Shown here one piece after another: positions 18,635 to 28,727 of a stretch of DNA of 64,000 nucleotides. The translations under genes were made by a program, and so were the position numbers. The DNA comes from a virus. Location: IMG/VR virus record IMGVR_UViG_3300047510_002509; one strand, 5' to 3'. The notes below the pieces were generated by a model, which saw only the letters and a list, made by a program, of their open reading frames with translations, did not search any database and was not told the origin of the DNA. Numbering within the stretch: the stretch's first letter is position 1; each line of letters opens with the position of its first letter.

Positions 18635-18838
18635 TTCAGACTCGTCAACAATATCTAAAGCTTTTTCAAAGAAGACATCTTCTTGTTTCATGTAATGATG
18701 CCGACAGAAGAATAAATCCCCTGCTTCAAAACTAACTCGATAATAAGCTTGATGATTACAAACATCACAACGCTCACGCAGAGTTACATACTCAAGTGGC
18801 GTATTGTCTAATTTTATAATTTGAGTAGTTTCACTCAT
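18626..18838 (-). CDS. Actinobacterial-type small Zn-binding protein
   Basis: RCDxC..QAY...G.L.FC.HH. Confidence 0.7.
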   Translation of the reverse strand: MSETTQIIKLDNTPLEYVTLRERCDVCNHQAYYRVSFEAGDLFFCRHHYMKQEDVFFEKALDIVDESELL

Positions 18839-19067
18839 GGTTCATTTGCTCGTAAATTTCTTTGCACATAGGGCAAACAGGAAATTTTTTAGGGTCTCTA
18901 GATGGAACCCAAATTTTTCCACATAGAGCCATAATTGGAGTCCCGTTTACAAGGGCTTCCATAATTTCATCTTTAGGGGCATAGTGGGCGTAGCGCTCAT
19001 GGTCACCCTGCTCATAGAGCGTGCGGGTGTCCTCTTGATGCTGGGTTCCAGAACCGAGTAAGGTCAT
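18831..19067 (-). CDS. DUF3039-like protein
   Basis: GDHERYAHY, ALCGKIWVPSRDPKKFPVCP.CKEIY. Confidence 0.88.
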   Translation of the reverse strand: MTLLGSGTQHQEDTRTLYEQGDHERYAHYAPKDEIMEALVNGTPIMALCGKIWVPSRDPKKFPVCPMCKEIYEQMNHE

Positions 19068-19076
19068 ATAGAGAGT

Positions 19077-20018
19077 TTAGTACTGGACTGGAACCATCAT
19101 TTCAAAAACCATGCTCTTTGGTAAAACAGCTATATGACTGGACACATCTTCTCTTCCAAAAGATATTAGGAAGTTGTCTTTGTGATCTGTTAGCCCAGCT
19201 GCAAACTCAACCCCAGGGCGGAAAAACTTAAAACCTTCAGAAACCGCAATAATCATGCCTTGAGAGTCATACTTAACAAAGTAGTGGACATAATCCCTTA
19301 TTGCAGAAGTACTCTGAGAAAAGGTGTTGGCTGACCAGTTAGTCATATTCTTAGTGAAAGTTCTATGACAAACTCCCAAATAAGTCCCATCTCCTAAAGC
19401 AAACAAATTGCTCCCACCTCTAAGCAAAGATACCTTTGGATTGTCAGTAAAAATCTGGGTCAATAGATTGTTTTGAACGGTGGCATTTGGCCCGTAAATA
19501 AAGTCAAAGTGCTCGCTTGGCTCGTTGGGGACCATCCAGTTCTTTTCTGGTCGTTGAGCGTCCATTCCTGCCATAATCTTGTAGTCGACAACTTTTGTAC
19601 ATTTTGAGTCAAGCCTTGCTATGCCAAAACGTGCATATGGAAAGTCTCCCTTTTCCATAACCACAAAGCTAAAATGCCACGCATTATCGCGATAGAAAAC
19701 TTTTGGGTCTTCTATGCCACGACGGAGCGCTCCAAGTTTTGATATGTCTATTTGACGCAAGTGTTTGAGCTTAAACTCTTTATCAAGTTCTGCCCACCAA
19801 ACGTTAGATTTAACTACATCACCAACTGTTACGTTGAGACCGCCAGTAGCTGTGAGTAAGTAGTTTGAAGAGCGAATCGCAACGACATACTTGTTTTTAT
19901 GTTTGCCAATAGATGCGTTAGTAGCAGACCATTTATTATCTTTAGGGTCTACTAAACGACACAAATCGATTATGTGACCGCCCAAGTCTGTGACAAATGG
20001 GAACTTTGATGGGTCCAT
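19077..20018 (-). CDS. Glycoside hydrolase-like beta-propeller protein
   Basis: N.SI, GIEDPK, EKNWM, RGGS, EFAAGL, SFGRED. Confidence 0.65.
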   Translation of the reverse strand: MDPSKFPFVTDLGGHIIDLCRLVDPKDNKWSATNASIGKHKNKYVVAIRSSNYLLTATGGLNVTVGDVVKSNVWWAELDKEFKLKHLRQIDISKLGALRRGIEDPKVFYRDNAWHFSFVVMEKGDFPYARFGIARLDSKCTKVVDYKIMAGMDAQRPEKNWMVPNEPSEHFDFIYGPNATVQNNLLTQIFTDNPKVSLLRGGSNLFALGDGTYLGVCHRTFTKNMTNWSANTFSQSTSAIRDYVHYFVKYDSQGMIIAVSEGFKFFRPGVEFAAGLTDHKDNFLISFGREDVSSHIAVLPKSMVFEMMVPVQY

Positions 20019-20366
20019 TTATAGTCCTGTAAAGTGTTTGACCAAAAAAGTAGTAGCAAGAGCTATCCAAAGAATGTTGAACCAAATAAGAGTTGGCATT
20101 GTTTTGATAGTTGCAGACCAAACTAGTAAAAAACTGGTTACAAGAGCAATAATATAAAGCCACCAAATAGACACACCAAACAACAAACCTGGAATAATGA
20201 TTACAGCTTTTGTTGTAAAAGCAAGAAACTCAACTGTGTTAGGTGCATTCCAATAGGCTTTGGTTCCCATTGTCTTAAGAGCTGTAGCCCACTGGAAGTG
20301 TTTACGCCAGTTGCCATCAAAAACTTCTTTGTTAGTAAAAAAGTTAGGGTCTTTGTAATTTTTCAT
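20019..20366 (-). CDS. Membrane protein
   Basis: Three hydrophobic segments. Confidence 0.65.
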   Translation of the reverse strand: MKNYKDPNFFTNKEVFDGNWRKHFQWATALKTMGTKAYWNAPNTVEFLAFTTKAVIIIPGLLFGVSIWWLYIIALVTSFLLVWSATIKTMPTLIWFNILWIALATTFLVKHFTGL

Positions 20367-21932
20367 CTACTCTTCCCTCATTAGTTTTATAAACTCATTG
20401 TGAGTTACTGATTCAGTGTCTGCAACTACTTTTATTAAATGTTTAAAGTTGTTATACCTATGCTCCATAAAAGACCTTGTAAAAGTGTAGAACTCGAAAA
20501 GCTTACTATTTTCTACAAAATCTTTATTTTTTAAGCCTAAGAGAATATATGACCAAGAATCAATTTCAAAGAAGTGGTGATTTAAAAAGTCATTAAGAAT
20601 AAAAGCTCTTCTTTTATTTATCCCTAAATAATGTTTTGCTTTGTCTGGGGCATTTTCCATTGTGTAATGCTCCCAAAACTCCGTGTCAGTTCTACCTCCC
20701 ATATAATGAGCGTAGACAAAACCTATTGTTTCTTCTTGATAGTCTCGCCAATAAGCATTAAATTCATCAATAACAGTTTGGTCCTTTAAATACATCAACT
20801 CTGAGTTAGCCAACAAATGACTTACCCAGTTGACAATTGTTGTCCAAATAGAAGTTGCTTCTAGCGGTTCAATAAACCCTGCAGAAAGACCTACCGTATA
20901 AACATTCTTTTTCCAAGGCTCTTTTAAATAACCAGGAGTCCAAGAGAATGATGTTTCTCTAGGCCATGTTGGTTCATACCCAAGCCATTCAATAATCTCT
21001 GCTTTTGCTTGTTCATCGTCAATCATTCGACTATTAAAGACATAGCCGCAGCCGTATCTACTTTGTAGAGGGATTTTCCACACCCATCCATACTTCATGG
21101 CAATAGCTTCCGTGTATGGAGGTATTTCTTCATCCATGTCTAAGAAAAATGGCATAGCCGCATTTACAGTTAAATGGTTTTCATGAGACACCCACTCTGA
21201 CTCAAACTTCTTTGCAAAGAAGGAGTTAAACCCAGAACAGTCGAACACAAAGTCTGTTTCTATAACTTTCCCTGTTTCCATAACTAAAGTATTTACGTAG
21301 CCTTCTTCATCAGTTGTGAAGTCTTGAACTACTCCTTCAACACGGTTGATTCCTCTTTCTTCTCCTGTTTTAGATAGAAAGGCCGCAAGCTTGCGAGCAT
21401 CAAAGTGCAAAGAAAAGGAGCCCATCTTTTCAAACTGATAAATCGGGTCATCATCTGGATACAGCTCATTTGTTTTCTTTTTAAATGAAACTTTTTTAGC
21501 TTCCCCGAGTCTGCTCATAAAACACCAGTCTGCTTGAGAATCTTGTGTTTTTGCAGCCATAGTAAAAATACTTGGAGTTCCAGCTAGAAGTCTTTCAAAA
21601 CTTAGCTCGGTGGCAGCGCAGTTTCCAAAAGCAACAAACGGGTGATAGAACCAATCATCTTTTCCTTCATTTCGCCAGTTTGTAAACTTAATAGACTGCT
21701 TTAAAGTTACGTCTGCTTCTTTCATCAATTCAGAGACTGGGATTTGAAGTACATCTAAAAACTGAATTAACTGAGGAGTAGAGCCTTCTCCAGCACCAAG
21801 AATCCCGACTTTGTCGGATTCAATTAAAGTAATTCTTTTAGTTGGCAGCATGGTCTTTGCGTATAAAGCAGTAAGCCATCCAGCAGTTCCGCCACCTAAA
21901 ATAGTGACATTCTTTATATCTCTAAGATCCAT
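20367..21932 (-). CDS. Tryptophan halogenase family flavoprotein
   Basis: GGGTAGW, GAGEGS, DCSGF, GWVWKIPL, GFIEPLEATSI. Confidence 0.92.
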   Translation of the reverse strand: MDLRDIKNVTILGGGTAGWLTALYAKTMLPTKRITLIESDKVGILGAGEGSTPQLIQFLDVLQIPVSELMKEADVTLKQSIKFTNWRNEGKDDWFYHPFVAFGNCAATELSFERLLAGTPSIFTMAAKTQDSQADWCFMSRLGEAKKVSFKKKTNELYPDDDPIYQFEKMGSFSLHFDARKLAAFLSKTGEERGINRVEGVVQDFTTDEEGYVNTLVMETGKVIETDFVFDCSGFNSFFAKKFESEWVSHENHLTVNAAMPFFLDMDEEIPPYTEAIAMKYGWVWKIPLQSRYGCGYVFNSRMIDDEQAKAEIIEWLGYEPTWPRETSFSWTPGYLKEPWKKNVYTVGLSAGFIEPLEATSIWTTIVNWVSHLLANSELMYLKDQTVIDEFNAYWRDYQEETIGFVYAHYMGGRTDTEFWEHYTMENAPDKAKHYLGINKRRAFILNDFLNHHFFEIDSWSYILLGLKNKDFVENSKLFEFYTFTRSFMEHRYNNFKHLIKVVADTESVTHNEFIKLMREE

Positions 21933-22636
21933 TAGTTGTACTCTTTCTTGTGCCAGATGTTATTTCGATAGTGACCAAACATTTTGGTCATACCATCCCA
22001 CATGCGTTTTGAGGCTTTGTCACCTAAAGTCTCGTCGTACTCTGACTCCCATGCATCTCGTTTGAATGGGAAGATTTGGTAGATAGGAGTTCCTGCTGGA
22101 ATTACTCCTTCAAAATTATCTTTCATGTAAAAAGGTAAATGTCCATGAGGCATTATTGCGTCAGAGTCATGAATACCATTCAATGTTGTGAATGGCAGGT
22201 CATAGCGATTAAACGGATGAGTAATTAATACGCTATAGCCTGGAGGAGTTTGAATAGAAAAGGGTGTTACCCAAGCGTACTGCTGGGGGTTATGCCCTGC
22301 TGGTATTGGTAGTAATTCCATACCATGATTGCTTCTATCATTAATTGGAGTAGGGTCAACAAGCCAATCTAGTTTTAAACCGTCTGGTCGTCTTGTAACC
22401 TGAACATCTTGCCACAATGTGGCTGTATAACCTGAAATCATGGTATCAAAGAAGGGGACGCACATTTTCATGCTGATGTTGGAGCGAGCGCCTCTATCGG
22501 TATAAATAATAGAAGCTTCTTTGCCATCTATAAATCTAGGAGATTTTTTATACCAATCTGGAACTACATTTCTGATAGGTATAGGTGTTTCAGGGTACTC
22601 ATGACTTTTACCGAATTTGATTAGCTTTTTTCCCAT
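21932..22636 (-). CDS. Conserved phage beta-rich protein, paralog of 8252..8983, leaderless
   Basis: Shared motifs; TAGGCT-6-ATG; coupled to the halogenase. Confidence 0.75.
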   Translation of the reverse strand: MGKKLIKFGKSHEYPETPIPIRNVVPDWYKKSPRFIDGKEASIIYTDRGARSNISMKMCVPFFDTMISGYTATLWQDVQVTRRPDGLKLDWLVDPTPINDRSNHGMELLPIPAGHNPQQYAWVTPFSIQTPPGYSVLITHPFNRYDLPFTTLNGIHDSDAIMPHGHLPFYMKDNFEGVIPAGTPIYQIFPFKRDAWESEYDETLGDKASKRMWDGMTKMFGHYRNNIWHKKEYN

Positions 22637-22650
22637 AATGACAGCCTATC

Positions 22651-22833
22651 CTACTTAGTTTCTAAACCATCAAGGACATCCACTTCATTGACAAAAGTAA
22701 TTACACAATTCCATGAGCAAAAGTGTTTATCAATGTTTTTGTGGCTCAAAACTATGTAGTTTTGTTTATTGGCGTAAGTATTCTCGGTCCACGTTTCGCA
22801 AGATGGGCCGTCGCAGTGTAAGGCTAATGACAT
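22651..22833 (-). CDS. Small Zn-finger protein
   Basis: CDGPSC...HFCSWNC. Confidence 0.6.
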   Translation of the reverse strand: MSLALHCDGPSCETWTENTYANKQNYIVLSHKNIDKHFCSWNCVITFVNEVDVLDGLETK

Positions 22834-22870
22834 GTCTTTTGTCTTTCTTGTCGTTTTATTATTTCTTAGT

Positions 22871-23167
22871 TTATAGCTCGCCTATGTCCATGTCAAGAGG
22901 TTTGCTGTAGTGAGAGTCGTGAACCCGCTCCGAACTCACACGCTGAGCCAAAGACTTGATTTTCTCGTAACTAAAGCCAGACCAGACTTCGATGTCTGTT
23001 GCGACTATAGGCGCGGTGGTGTACCCCTGCTCGATAAACTCTTTAGCTTTATCTGGATGGTCTTGTAGGGCTACCTCGGTGAACTCGACGCCTTCTACTC
23101 GTAGCATGCGCTTAGTGCTCTCGCACTGGACGCAATTGGGTAAGGTATAAACGTTTACATTAATCAT
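22871..23167 (-). CDS. nrdH: Glutaredoxin-like NrdH redoxin
   Basis: VYT.PNCVQC, GY.TAPIV, WSGF. Confidence 0.9.
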   Translation of the reverse strand: MINVNVYTLPNCVQCESTKRMLRVEGVEFTEVALQDHPDKAKEFIEQGYTTAPIVATDIEVWSGFSYEKIKSLAQRVSSERVHDSHYSKPLDMDIGEL

Positions 23168-23187
23168 TGTAAAACTATACTCTAGGG

Positions 23188-23970
23188 CTAGGACAGTTTA
23201 ATAATCTGACCAGCATAAATTTTATTTGGATCCTTAATGCCGTTCAGCTTTACTAATGCAGCGACAGTTGTTTTGTTTCTTGCTGCAATTCTAGTAAGAG
23301 TGTCTCCACGCACAACCGTATAGGTTTTAGCAGTTGGCGCAGCCGCAGCTGTGGAAGATGGTTTTGCTTTCGCAGGCGCAGTTGCTGATGGCTTCGTGGC
23401 TGGAGCTTTCTCGTGCGTCGGTGCTGGTGCCACAGGTGCATCCTCTGGAGTCGGTAGGGGTGCAGCTGCAACTACCTTCTCGCTCGCAATTACAGACTTG
23501 ATGAACTCGATTGGCTCCAAAAATCCTGATCCATCTGCTGACCATCCGTGTTTCTTTCCTTTCCAAAACTCAAGGTGTAAATGTACACCAGTACTCATTC
23601 CGCTGGTGCCCATGACACCAATTACTGTTCCAGCTTCCACCTTCTGACCAGACTTAACTTGAATTGAGCCTTTCTCAAGGTGGGCATAAAGATGGCTAAT
23701 CCACTGACCATTTACTTGGCTAGTGATTTTGACATAATAACCAAATCCGCCTGGCTCGCCGCCATTACCTTTTGCATTCGATGCACCTGCAAAATCTACC
23801 TTGCCATCAAAGCAAGCTTCGACATAGGTCTTCTTACCCTTACCAACAATGTCAGTTCCATTGTGGTGCTTCTTATCTTTTGTAACTGGATGAATTCTCC
23901 AGCCCATGTGACTGGTTACCTTCCAGTCTTTGTTTGGAACTCCATCGATGGGGAATTGTGACTTAGCCAT
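23188..23970 (-). CDS. M23 peptidase with C-terminal LysM (lysin)
   Basis: HNGTD, YAHL, TGVHLH; YTVVRGDTL..IA...N.I..PN.I. Confidence 0.93.
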   Translation of the reverse strand: MAKSQFPIDGVPNKDWKVTSHMGWRIHPVTKDKKHHNGTDIVGKGKKTYVEACFDGKVDFAGASNAKGNGGEPGGFGYYVKITSQVNGQWISHLYAHLEKGSIQVKSGQKVEAGTVIGVMGTSGMSTGVHLHLEFWKGKKHGWSADGSGFLEPIEFIKSVIASEKVVAAAPLPTPEDAPVAPAPTHEKAPATKPSATAPAKAKPSSTAAAAPTAKTYTVVRGDTLTRIAARNKTTVAALVKLNGIKDPNKIYAGQIIKLS

Positions 23971-24057
23971 TAAAGTGAATCTTTCTAGTTGGGAAGTTAT
24001 ATAAAAATACTAAGCCAACTAGAAAGACACGACTTTAAATTAGAACGCATGTACTAG

Positions 24058-24714
24058 TTACGGTTTTTTCTTAGTGGGCTTTGAATTGAAGCTTGGGACG
24101 GGGTTCACAAGCTTTCCTGTTGGTTTCTTTTTTGCTTTTAAATTACTGGTATCAAAGCTAGGAGGTGTAGTGTTTATGTCTGCATCTTCAGGAGTGATTT
24201 CCTGAGCAGAGCTTTTTAACTTTTCAAACGCCATAACAGCTTCAACAAAAGCAATAGGACTGACAAAACCTTTTCCGTTTAGGTCCCAGCGGTGGGTTTT
24301 TCCTTCAACAATTTCAAAGTGAAGATGTCTTCCAGCAGAAGCTCCAGTGTTTCCCATGATGCCAAGGATTGTTCCAGCTTCGACTTTTTGACCAGTCTTT
24401 ACTTTTAATGAACCCTCTGCCATATGACCAGAACGAGTTACATACCACTTGCCATCAATCTTTGAGCGGATGTCGACGTAGTACCCAATGCCACCTAGAG
24501 AGCCATCAGAGTTTTTTAACTTTGAGGGTCCTGCATATACCACTGTGCCGTCGTGCCATGCTTCGATGTAAATCTTTGGGTTTGATCCCCAAATGTCGTC
24601 ACCGTTATGATGCTTTTTTGTTTTTTCGATGGGATGTATGCGCCATCCAAACGGACTTGTAATTTTCCAAGCCTTGCCTTTTTTCCCGTCAATCGGGTAC
24701 TGAGTTTTAGCCAA
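24058..24714 (-). CDS. M23 peptidase, paralog of the adjacent lysin
   Basis: MAKTQYPIDG vs MAKSQFPIDG; HNGDD, GRHLHFE. Confidence 0.9.
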   Translation of the reverse strand: MAKTQYPIDGKKGKAWKITSPFGWRIHPIEKTKKHHNGDDIWGSNPKIYIEAWHDGTVVYAGPSKLKNSDGSLGGIGYYVDIRSKIDGKWYVTRSGHMAEGSLKVKTGQKVEAGTILGIMGNTGASAGRHLHFEIVEGKTHRWDLNGKGFVSPIAFVEAVMAFEKLKSSAQEITPEDADINTTPPSFDTSNLKAKKKPTGKLVNPVPSFNSKPTKKKP

Positions 24715-24760
24715 TTTGTTCCTTACACTAACAAAACAGGGAATATCCCTAATTTCATTA

Positions 24761-25267
24761 TTACAAGGTGTCTGGATAAGTTTTATAGATTAGATGTAAA
24801 ACTGAGTCGTTTACTGGGGTCTTAGCTTTGTAAAGTGATTCTGTTTTGACGAATTCTGACTTCTCTAAAACTCTTATACTCTTCTTATTTTCTCGCTGTA
24901 CATAAGCCTCTAAATAGTTAAGCTTCAAAGCATCAAATGCGTGCTGTCTCAGTAAACGAGTTGCAGTGGTTGCAATATTTCTATTAGACAGTTGTGAGTC
25001 AACCCAGTAGCTAACTAACGCGCTGTTAGTTGCCTTATCTATTTGAAGAATAATTTGACCACAAGGGTAGTTTTGCCAAGAGATAGTAAAAATTTTTGCT
25101 TCAACATCTTCTCTTGGTGCAATCCTATATTGCTCAATATAATGAGCGTTTCTGTCGTATGCGTCTTTTATGCTGGCTGAGTCAACGGTAGTAGCCGTAG
25201 AAACAGAAACCAGACCCTGCGATAAACTCACAAGGTCTGGCTCTATAAATTCTTTGGTGCGTTCCAA
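24761..25267 (-). CDS. RimJ/RimL-type GNAT acetyltransferase
   Basis: SYWVD...NRNIAT, N.KSIRVLEK..F. Confidence 0.75.
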   Translation of the reverse strand: MERTKEFIEPDLVSLSQGLVSVSTATTVDSASIKDAYDRNAHYIEQYRIAPREDVEAKIFTISWQNYPCGQIILQIDKATNSALVSYWVDSQLSNRNIATTATRLLRQHAFDALKLNYLEAYVQRENKKSIRVLEKSEFVKTESLYKAKTPVNDSVLHLIYKTYPDTL

Positions 25268-25555
25268 CTACTCGGTTGGTTCAGCGGGTGGTGCTAGTAC
25301 TTCCGTGACAAAAACATCATCGTAAGTAGGTGGATGTAGATTCTCTTTTGGTTCCCAGTTTTGAAGACCTGCTTCTTCAAGAGCTGCAAAATATGGAGCC
25401 TCTAGGCTTGCCCTATCTGCTTCTACAGCTGGATTGTCGTGGTCTGTTGCTAGTTCTAGCATCTTTGCACGCAGCCAAGCAATCTTCTCCTTCGGGTCAT
25501 CGAAGTGAGGAATTTGAACTGCCATCGTGGTCCTTCCTTGTGCTTTGGTATTCAA
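25268..25555 (-). CDS. Hypothetical protein
   Basis: Probable start at MAVQIP after AAGGA. Confidence 0.6.
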   Translation of the reverse strand: MNTKAQGRTTMAVQIPHFDDPKEKIAWLRAKMLELATDHDNPAVEADRASLEAPYFAALEEAGLQNWEPKENLHPPTYDDVFVTEVLAPPAEPTE

Positions 25556-25586
25556 TCATAGCATTACTACGTATATAGAATACTTT

Positions 25587-25802
25587 TTACTTTTTACCTA
25601 CACGCCGTCTGATTTGAATTGAAATAGACGCCTTCTGAGCTCTATGTTCTCTTTTTGTAAGGCTATGTTCTGTCTCCAGAATATGCCCATAACTGTTAAA
25701 CAACCTAGTAGTGCAATTATTATCGCGATTACATCGCCTTGGGTAAGTGTCATGGGGTAAGTATGTGGGCAAGCCTATTGGCACGTCAATAGGCTCGCCC
25801 AA
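25587..25802 (-). CDS. Hypothetical protein
   Basis: Fills gap in the minus-strand gene array. Confidence 0.4.
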   Translation of the reverse strand: MGEPIDVPIGLPTYLPHDTYPRRCNRDNNCTTRLFNSYGHILETEHSLTKREHRAQKASISIQIRRRVGKK

Positions 25803-25823
25803 CGGAGTATTTCACATTTATGC

Positions 25824-26234
25824 CTATTTGATGAGAAAACTCTTGATTTGTCTGCCATCAATAATTATTGGAGCTTTTCCATCATGCCAGACCAAAAAGC
25901 CAACTGGCATTTTTAATTGATTTTCGAGAAAGTGGTCCCAGTGGTGGTGTCTGGTTAGCCCAGCTATGGGATTCACATCGTTGTGCCCAGTTTGGTCAGC
26001 TTTAGTGGTTTGAGGCCACCTAACAAATCTGCCTCGAAGGGTGGAGGGGCATCCATTTAATGGATACTCGACTCGAAGGATTACGTTGAAAAGAAGCTTT
26101 CCAGCTCCTACTGTTGTGAAAGATGTTTGCTTCTTTGCGCCAAATCTGACAAGAGTCCATTTATCTGGCTCTATTGTTTGCTTATCTTTTCCTGATTCAG
26201 TTTTTGCTAACAAGGGTGTTCCTAGGTACTGCAA
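25824..26234 (-). CDS. Hypothetical protein
   Basis: 136-aa ORF. Confidence 0.6.
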   Translation of the reverse strand: MQYLGTPLLAKTESGKDKQTIEPDKWTLVRFGAKKQTSFTTVGAGKLLFNVILRVEYPLNGCPSTLRGRFVRWPQTTKADQTGHNDVNPIAGLTRHHHWDHFLENQLKMPVGFLVWHDGKAPIIIDGRQIKSFLIK

Positions 26235-26282
26235 GTAGTAAAAGAATTTCTTTTACTGATTACACTATAGAACAGTAAAGAC

Positions 26283-26453
26283 TTACCTACTTGAGTAAAA
26301 CCCTTTTGCTTTAAACACGATTGGCGGGGCAGAGAAAACCCTAGTCATCTCTTCCCCGCACTCCGTGCAAGTCACTTGTTCTTCTTCAGCAGTCATAGAA
26401 CGAACGACTTCTTTGTAATGTTCTTTAGAACATTTGTAGTCGTAAGTTGCCAC
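26283..26453 (-). CDS. FmdB-family zinc ribbon protein
   Basis: Manual translation MATYDYKCSKEH...CTECGEEMTRVFSAPPIVFKAKGFYS; overlaps the nrdJ stop. Confidence 0.85.
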   Translation of the reverse strand: MATYDYKCSKEHYKEVVRSMTAEEEQVTCTECGEEMTRVFSAPPIVFKAKGFYSSR

Positions 26454-28501
26454 TACTTATCCTTTTGATTCTCCACAATAAGCTTAATCTCGCAAGCGTC
26501 TGTGGTGCAGTAAGCGTCTCCAATAGCATCAGCTGCAAGACCTGCGTACACTCCAGAAAAATCAATTGGGAAGAGCTTCATCAATGAAGCCTCGTACTCT
26601 TCTTCGGTGATTTGGGTGTAAGGCATTTGTGGGTAGGTAAAGTTTCCTGAAGGTAGGAAAGATACAGTCTTAAGCTGTCCGTCGTACATGTGAAGGACTG
26701 TGCCTACATGTTGACCTTCTGTCTCAGGATCAAATGAAACTGTTACAGATACAGAGTTGTCTGACCAATAGTGCTGAGCCATTGCAGCCAATGACATCTT
26801 CTCAAAGATAGTAACGTCGCGTTCTGCACGTTCTGCATCTGATTTGATTGGGAAGTAAACAACAGAAGTTGTCTCAGGAGATTCAGATGCTGGTTCTACT
26901 GTGTAGTTAGCCATCTTGAAAAGTGGAAGCATTGGGTCATTGTTTCCAAAACGAATTGCTCGCTTGAAGAACTTTCCACCTGGAGTCCAGTGAACTCCTG
27001 GAGACTCTCCTGCAAGAATTGAGACAGTGCCAGAAGGCTTAACGGTTGTGGTCTTAATAGACTCACGGACACCTAGCCACTCTGAGTAAACGGTGTCGTA
27101 CTTTTTAATAACTGCATAGCCTTCATCCATCCACTGACGAAGAGTAGGTAGACCAACTCTGTCTGCGAAGTTTGCAACACCTGACATAGATGTTCCGATG
27201 CGACGGTTACGCTGCATGATTGCGTTTGTCTCTTCCCAGTGGGTTGGAAGAAGAGTTACAGTCTTAGCGTAAAGGTATGCGAACTTTAATGTGCGCTTGT
27301 AATCTTCGAGTGAGTCGTGACGGTTGAGGTAAGTTTCAACGAGCGTACACATTTCATATGATTCGAGAGACTGTTCTGCACAAGGGTTGTAACCTGCGAT
27401 TCGCCAGTCCTTGTTATTGATTGGGTCTGCCAAGCGTCCGTACTGACGAGACGTGTCCATCCAGATAACACCAGGCTCACCATTGCGGACAATTCCATCA
27501 ATGATTGGGTTGAAGTCAGTTCCAACTTCAACTGCGACTGAGTTGTTTGACATCCATGCCCAACCTGGGTTTTCTGCGTCGTATGAGTTGCGCTCAGGGA
27601 AACGCTCTGCATTCTTGAGGTTGAGGAACTCTTCATCATTGATGTCACCAATGAGGATTTCTGCGCTTCGACGAACATTGCCAGAGACTACACAACGACC
27701 AATCAAATTGCCAATATCAGCAATATCTGTACGAGTTAGTTTTTCACCTGCACGTCCAGTAAACATTTTACGAATAATGTCATGAAGAAGAACTAGTGGG
27801 TCTGGACCAGATGCTGTTCCACCAAAGGTTGCAATAGGTGCGCCGTATGGGCGAATCTCTGAGTAATCAAAAGTTAGCGCCTTCTGTCCTTCTTTAAGGA
27901 AAGAGTTAATAAGTGCAACCGTCGACTCCTGCCAGCCTTCGCGGGTGTCGGGGATGAGATAGAAATCCTCACCTGTTGGCTCATAGATAGTGAAGTCTTT
28001 GTCAGCGCCAAGTTGGTCAAAACCAACACCAACACCAAGCATCGATGCTTCCATAAGGAATGCAAAAGGTTTTGCTGGATTTAGCTTTGTCATCTCTGCA
28101 GTTGAAACAAATGCACAGTTTTGAAGTGCAGCAGAGTTTTTCTGCTCATTAACAATTGGAGTTCCCATAACCCAAAGTCCACGTCCTGGTGGAGTCCACT
28201 TCAAGTTGAAGAGACGGTCAAAAAATTCTTTTGCGGATGATTGAGCTTTTGAATCATTCCAAGGGAGACGCTGTGACTTTGCGTAATCCTTCTGAAGTGA
28301 GTATGTACCGTTAGTTACGCGCTCGCAGACATCTGCCCAAGTCTCTTTACTTCCATCTTCTTTCTTACGTGAGTATGTACGTAAGAAGGTGATTTCACCT
28401 ACGGAGTTACCTGCTGAGTCTGTATAACCAAAAGGTGCTTTCTTATCCTTGTACGTTGCAACATAGTCTTTTGACAGGGAAAAAGAGAAAGCAATACTCA
28501 C
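26453..28501 (-). CDS. nrdJ: Adenosylcobalamin-dependent (class II, monomeric RTPR-type) ribonucleotide reductase
   Basis: PPGRGLW, ALQNC, GNVRRSAE, NPCAEQ, TTVKPSGTVS, C-terminal CTTDAC. Confidence 0.95.
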   Translation of the reverse strand: MSIAFSFSLSKDYVATYKDKKAPFGYTDSAGNSVGEITFLRTYSRKKEDGSKETWADVCERVTNGTYSLQKDYAKSQRLPWNDSKAQSSAKEFFDRLFNLKWTPPGRGLWVMGTPIVNEQKNSAALQNCAFVSTAEMTKLNPAKPFAFLMEASMLGVGVGFDQLGADKDFTIYEPTGEDFYLIPDTREGWQESTVALINSFLKEGQKALTFDYSEIRPYGAPIATFGGTASGPDPLVLLHDIIRKMFTGRAGEKLTRTDIADIGNLIGRCVVSGNVRRSAEILIGDINDEEFLNLKNAERFPERNSYDAENPGWAWMSNNSVAVEVGTDFNPIIDGIVRNGEPGVIWMDTSRQYGRLADPINNKDWRIAGYNPCAEQSLESYEMCTLVETYLNRHDSLEDYKRTLKFAYLYAKTVTLLPTHWEETNAIMQRNRRIGTSMSGVANFADRVGLPTLRQWMDEGYAVIKKYDTVYSEWLGVRESIKTTTVKPSGTVSILAGESPGVHWTPGGKFFKRAIRFGNNDPMLPLFKMANYTVEPASESPETTSVVYFPIKSDAERAERDVTIFEKMSLAAMAQHYWSDNSVSVTVSFDPETEGQHVGTVLHMYDGQLKTVSFLPSGNFTYPQMPYTQITEEEYEASLMKLFPIDFSGVYAGLAADAIGDAYCTTDACEIKLIVENQKDK

Positions 28502-28571
28502 GGTAATCTCCTTATGAGATGAAAGGTTGGGGTGTGATTGTATAGTTTAGCGCAGATAAAACAAGATGAAA

Positions 28572-28727
28572 CTAGGACTTAGGTTTATTCCAACCAGAGT
28601 GTTGTCCTGCACATCCTTGTCGAGGACATCTTGGACGACCATGACCGTCGTCATACTCTCTAGGACGTCCACAATATGGACACTTGTCGCGCATGTTTTC
28701 TGGAAGCTTCTCAGGGGTGGGTCTCAT
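28572..28727 (-). CDS. 51-aa Zn-finger protein
   Basis: GAGGAG RBS; CPYCG...CPRQGC. Confidence 0.55.
   Translation of the reverse strand: MRPTPEKLPENMRDKCPYCGRPREYDDGHGRPRCPRQGCAGQHSGWNKPKS

Noticed and set aside
26453-28501. Intein or intron in nrdJ (or thyX)
   Set aside because: Both have normal length and continuous motifs.
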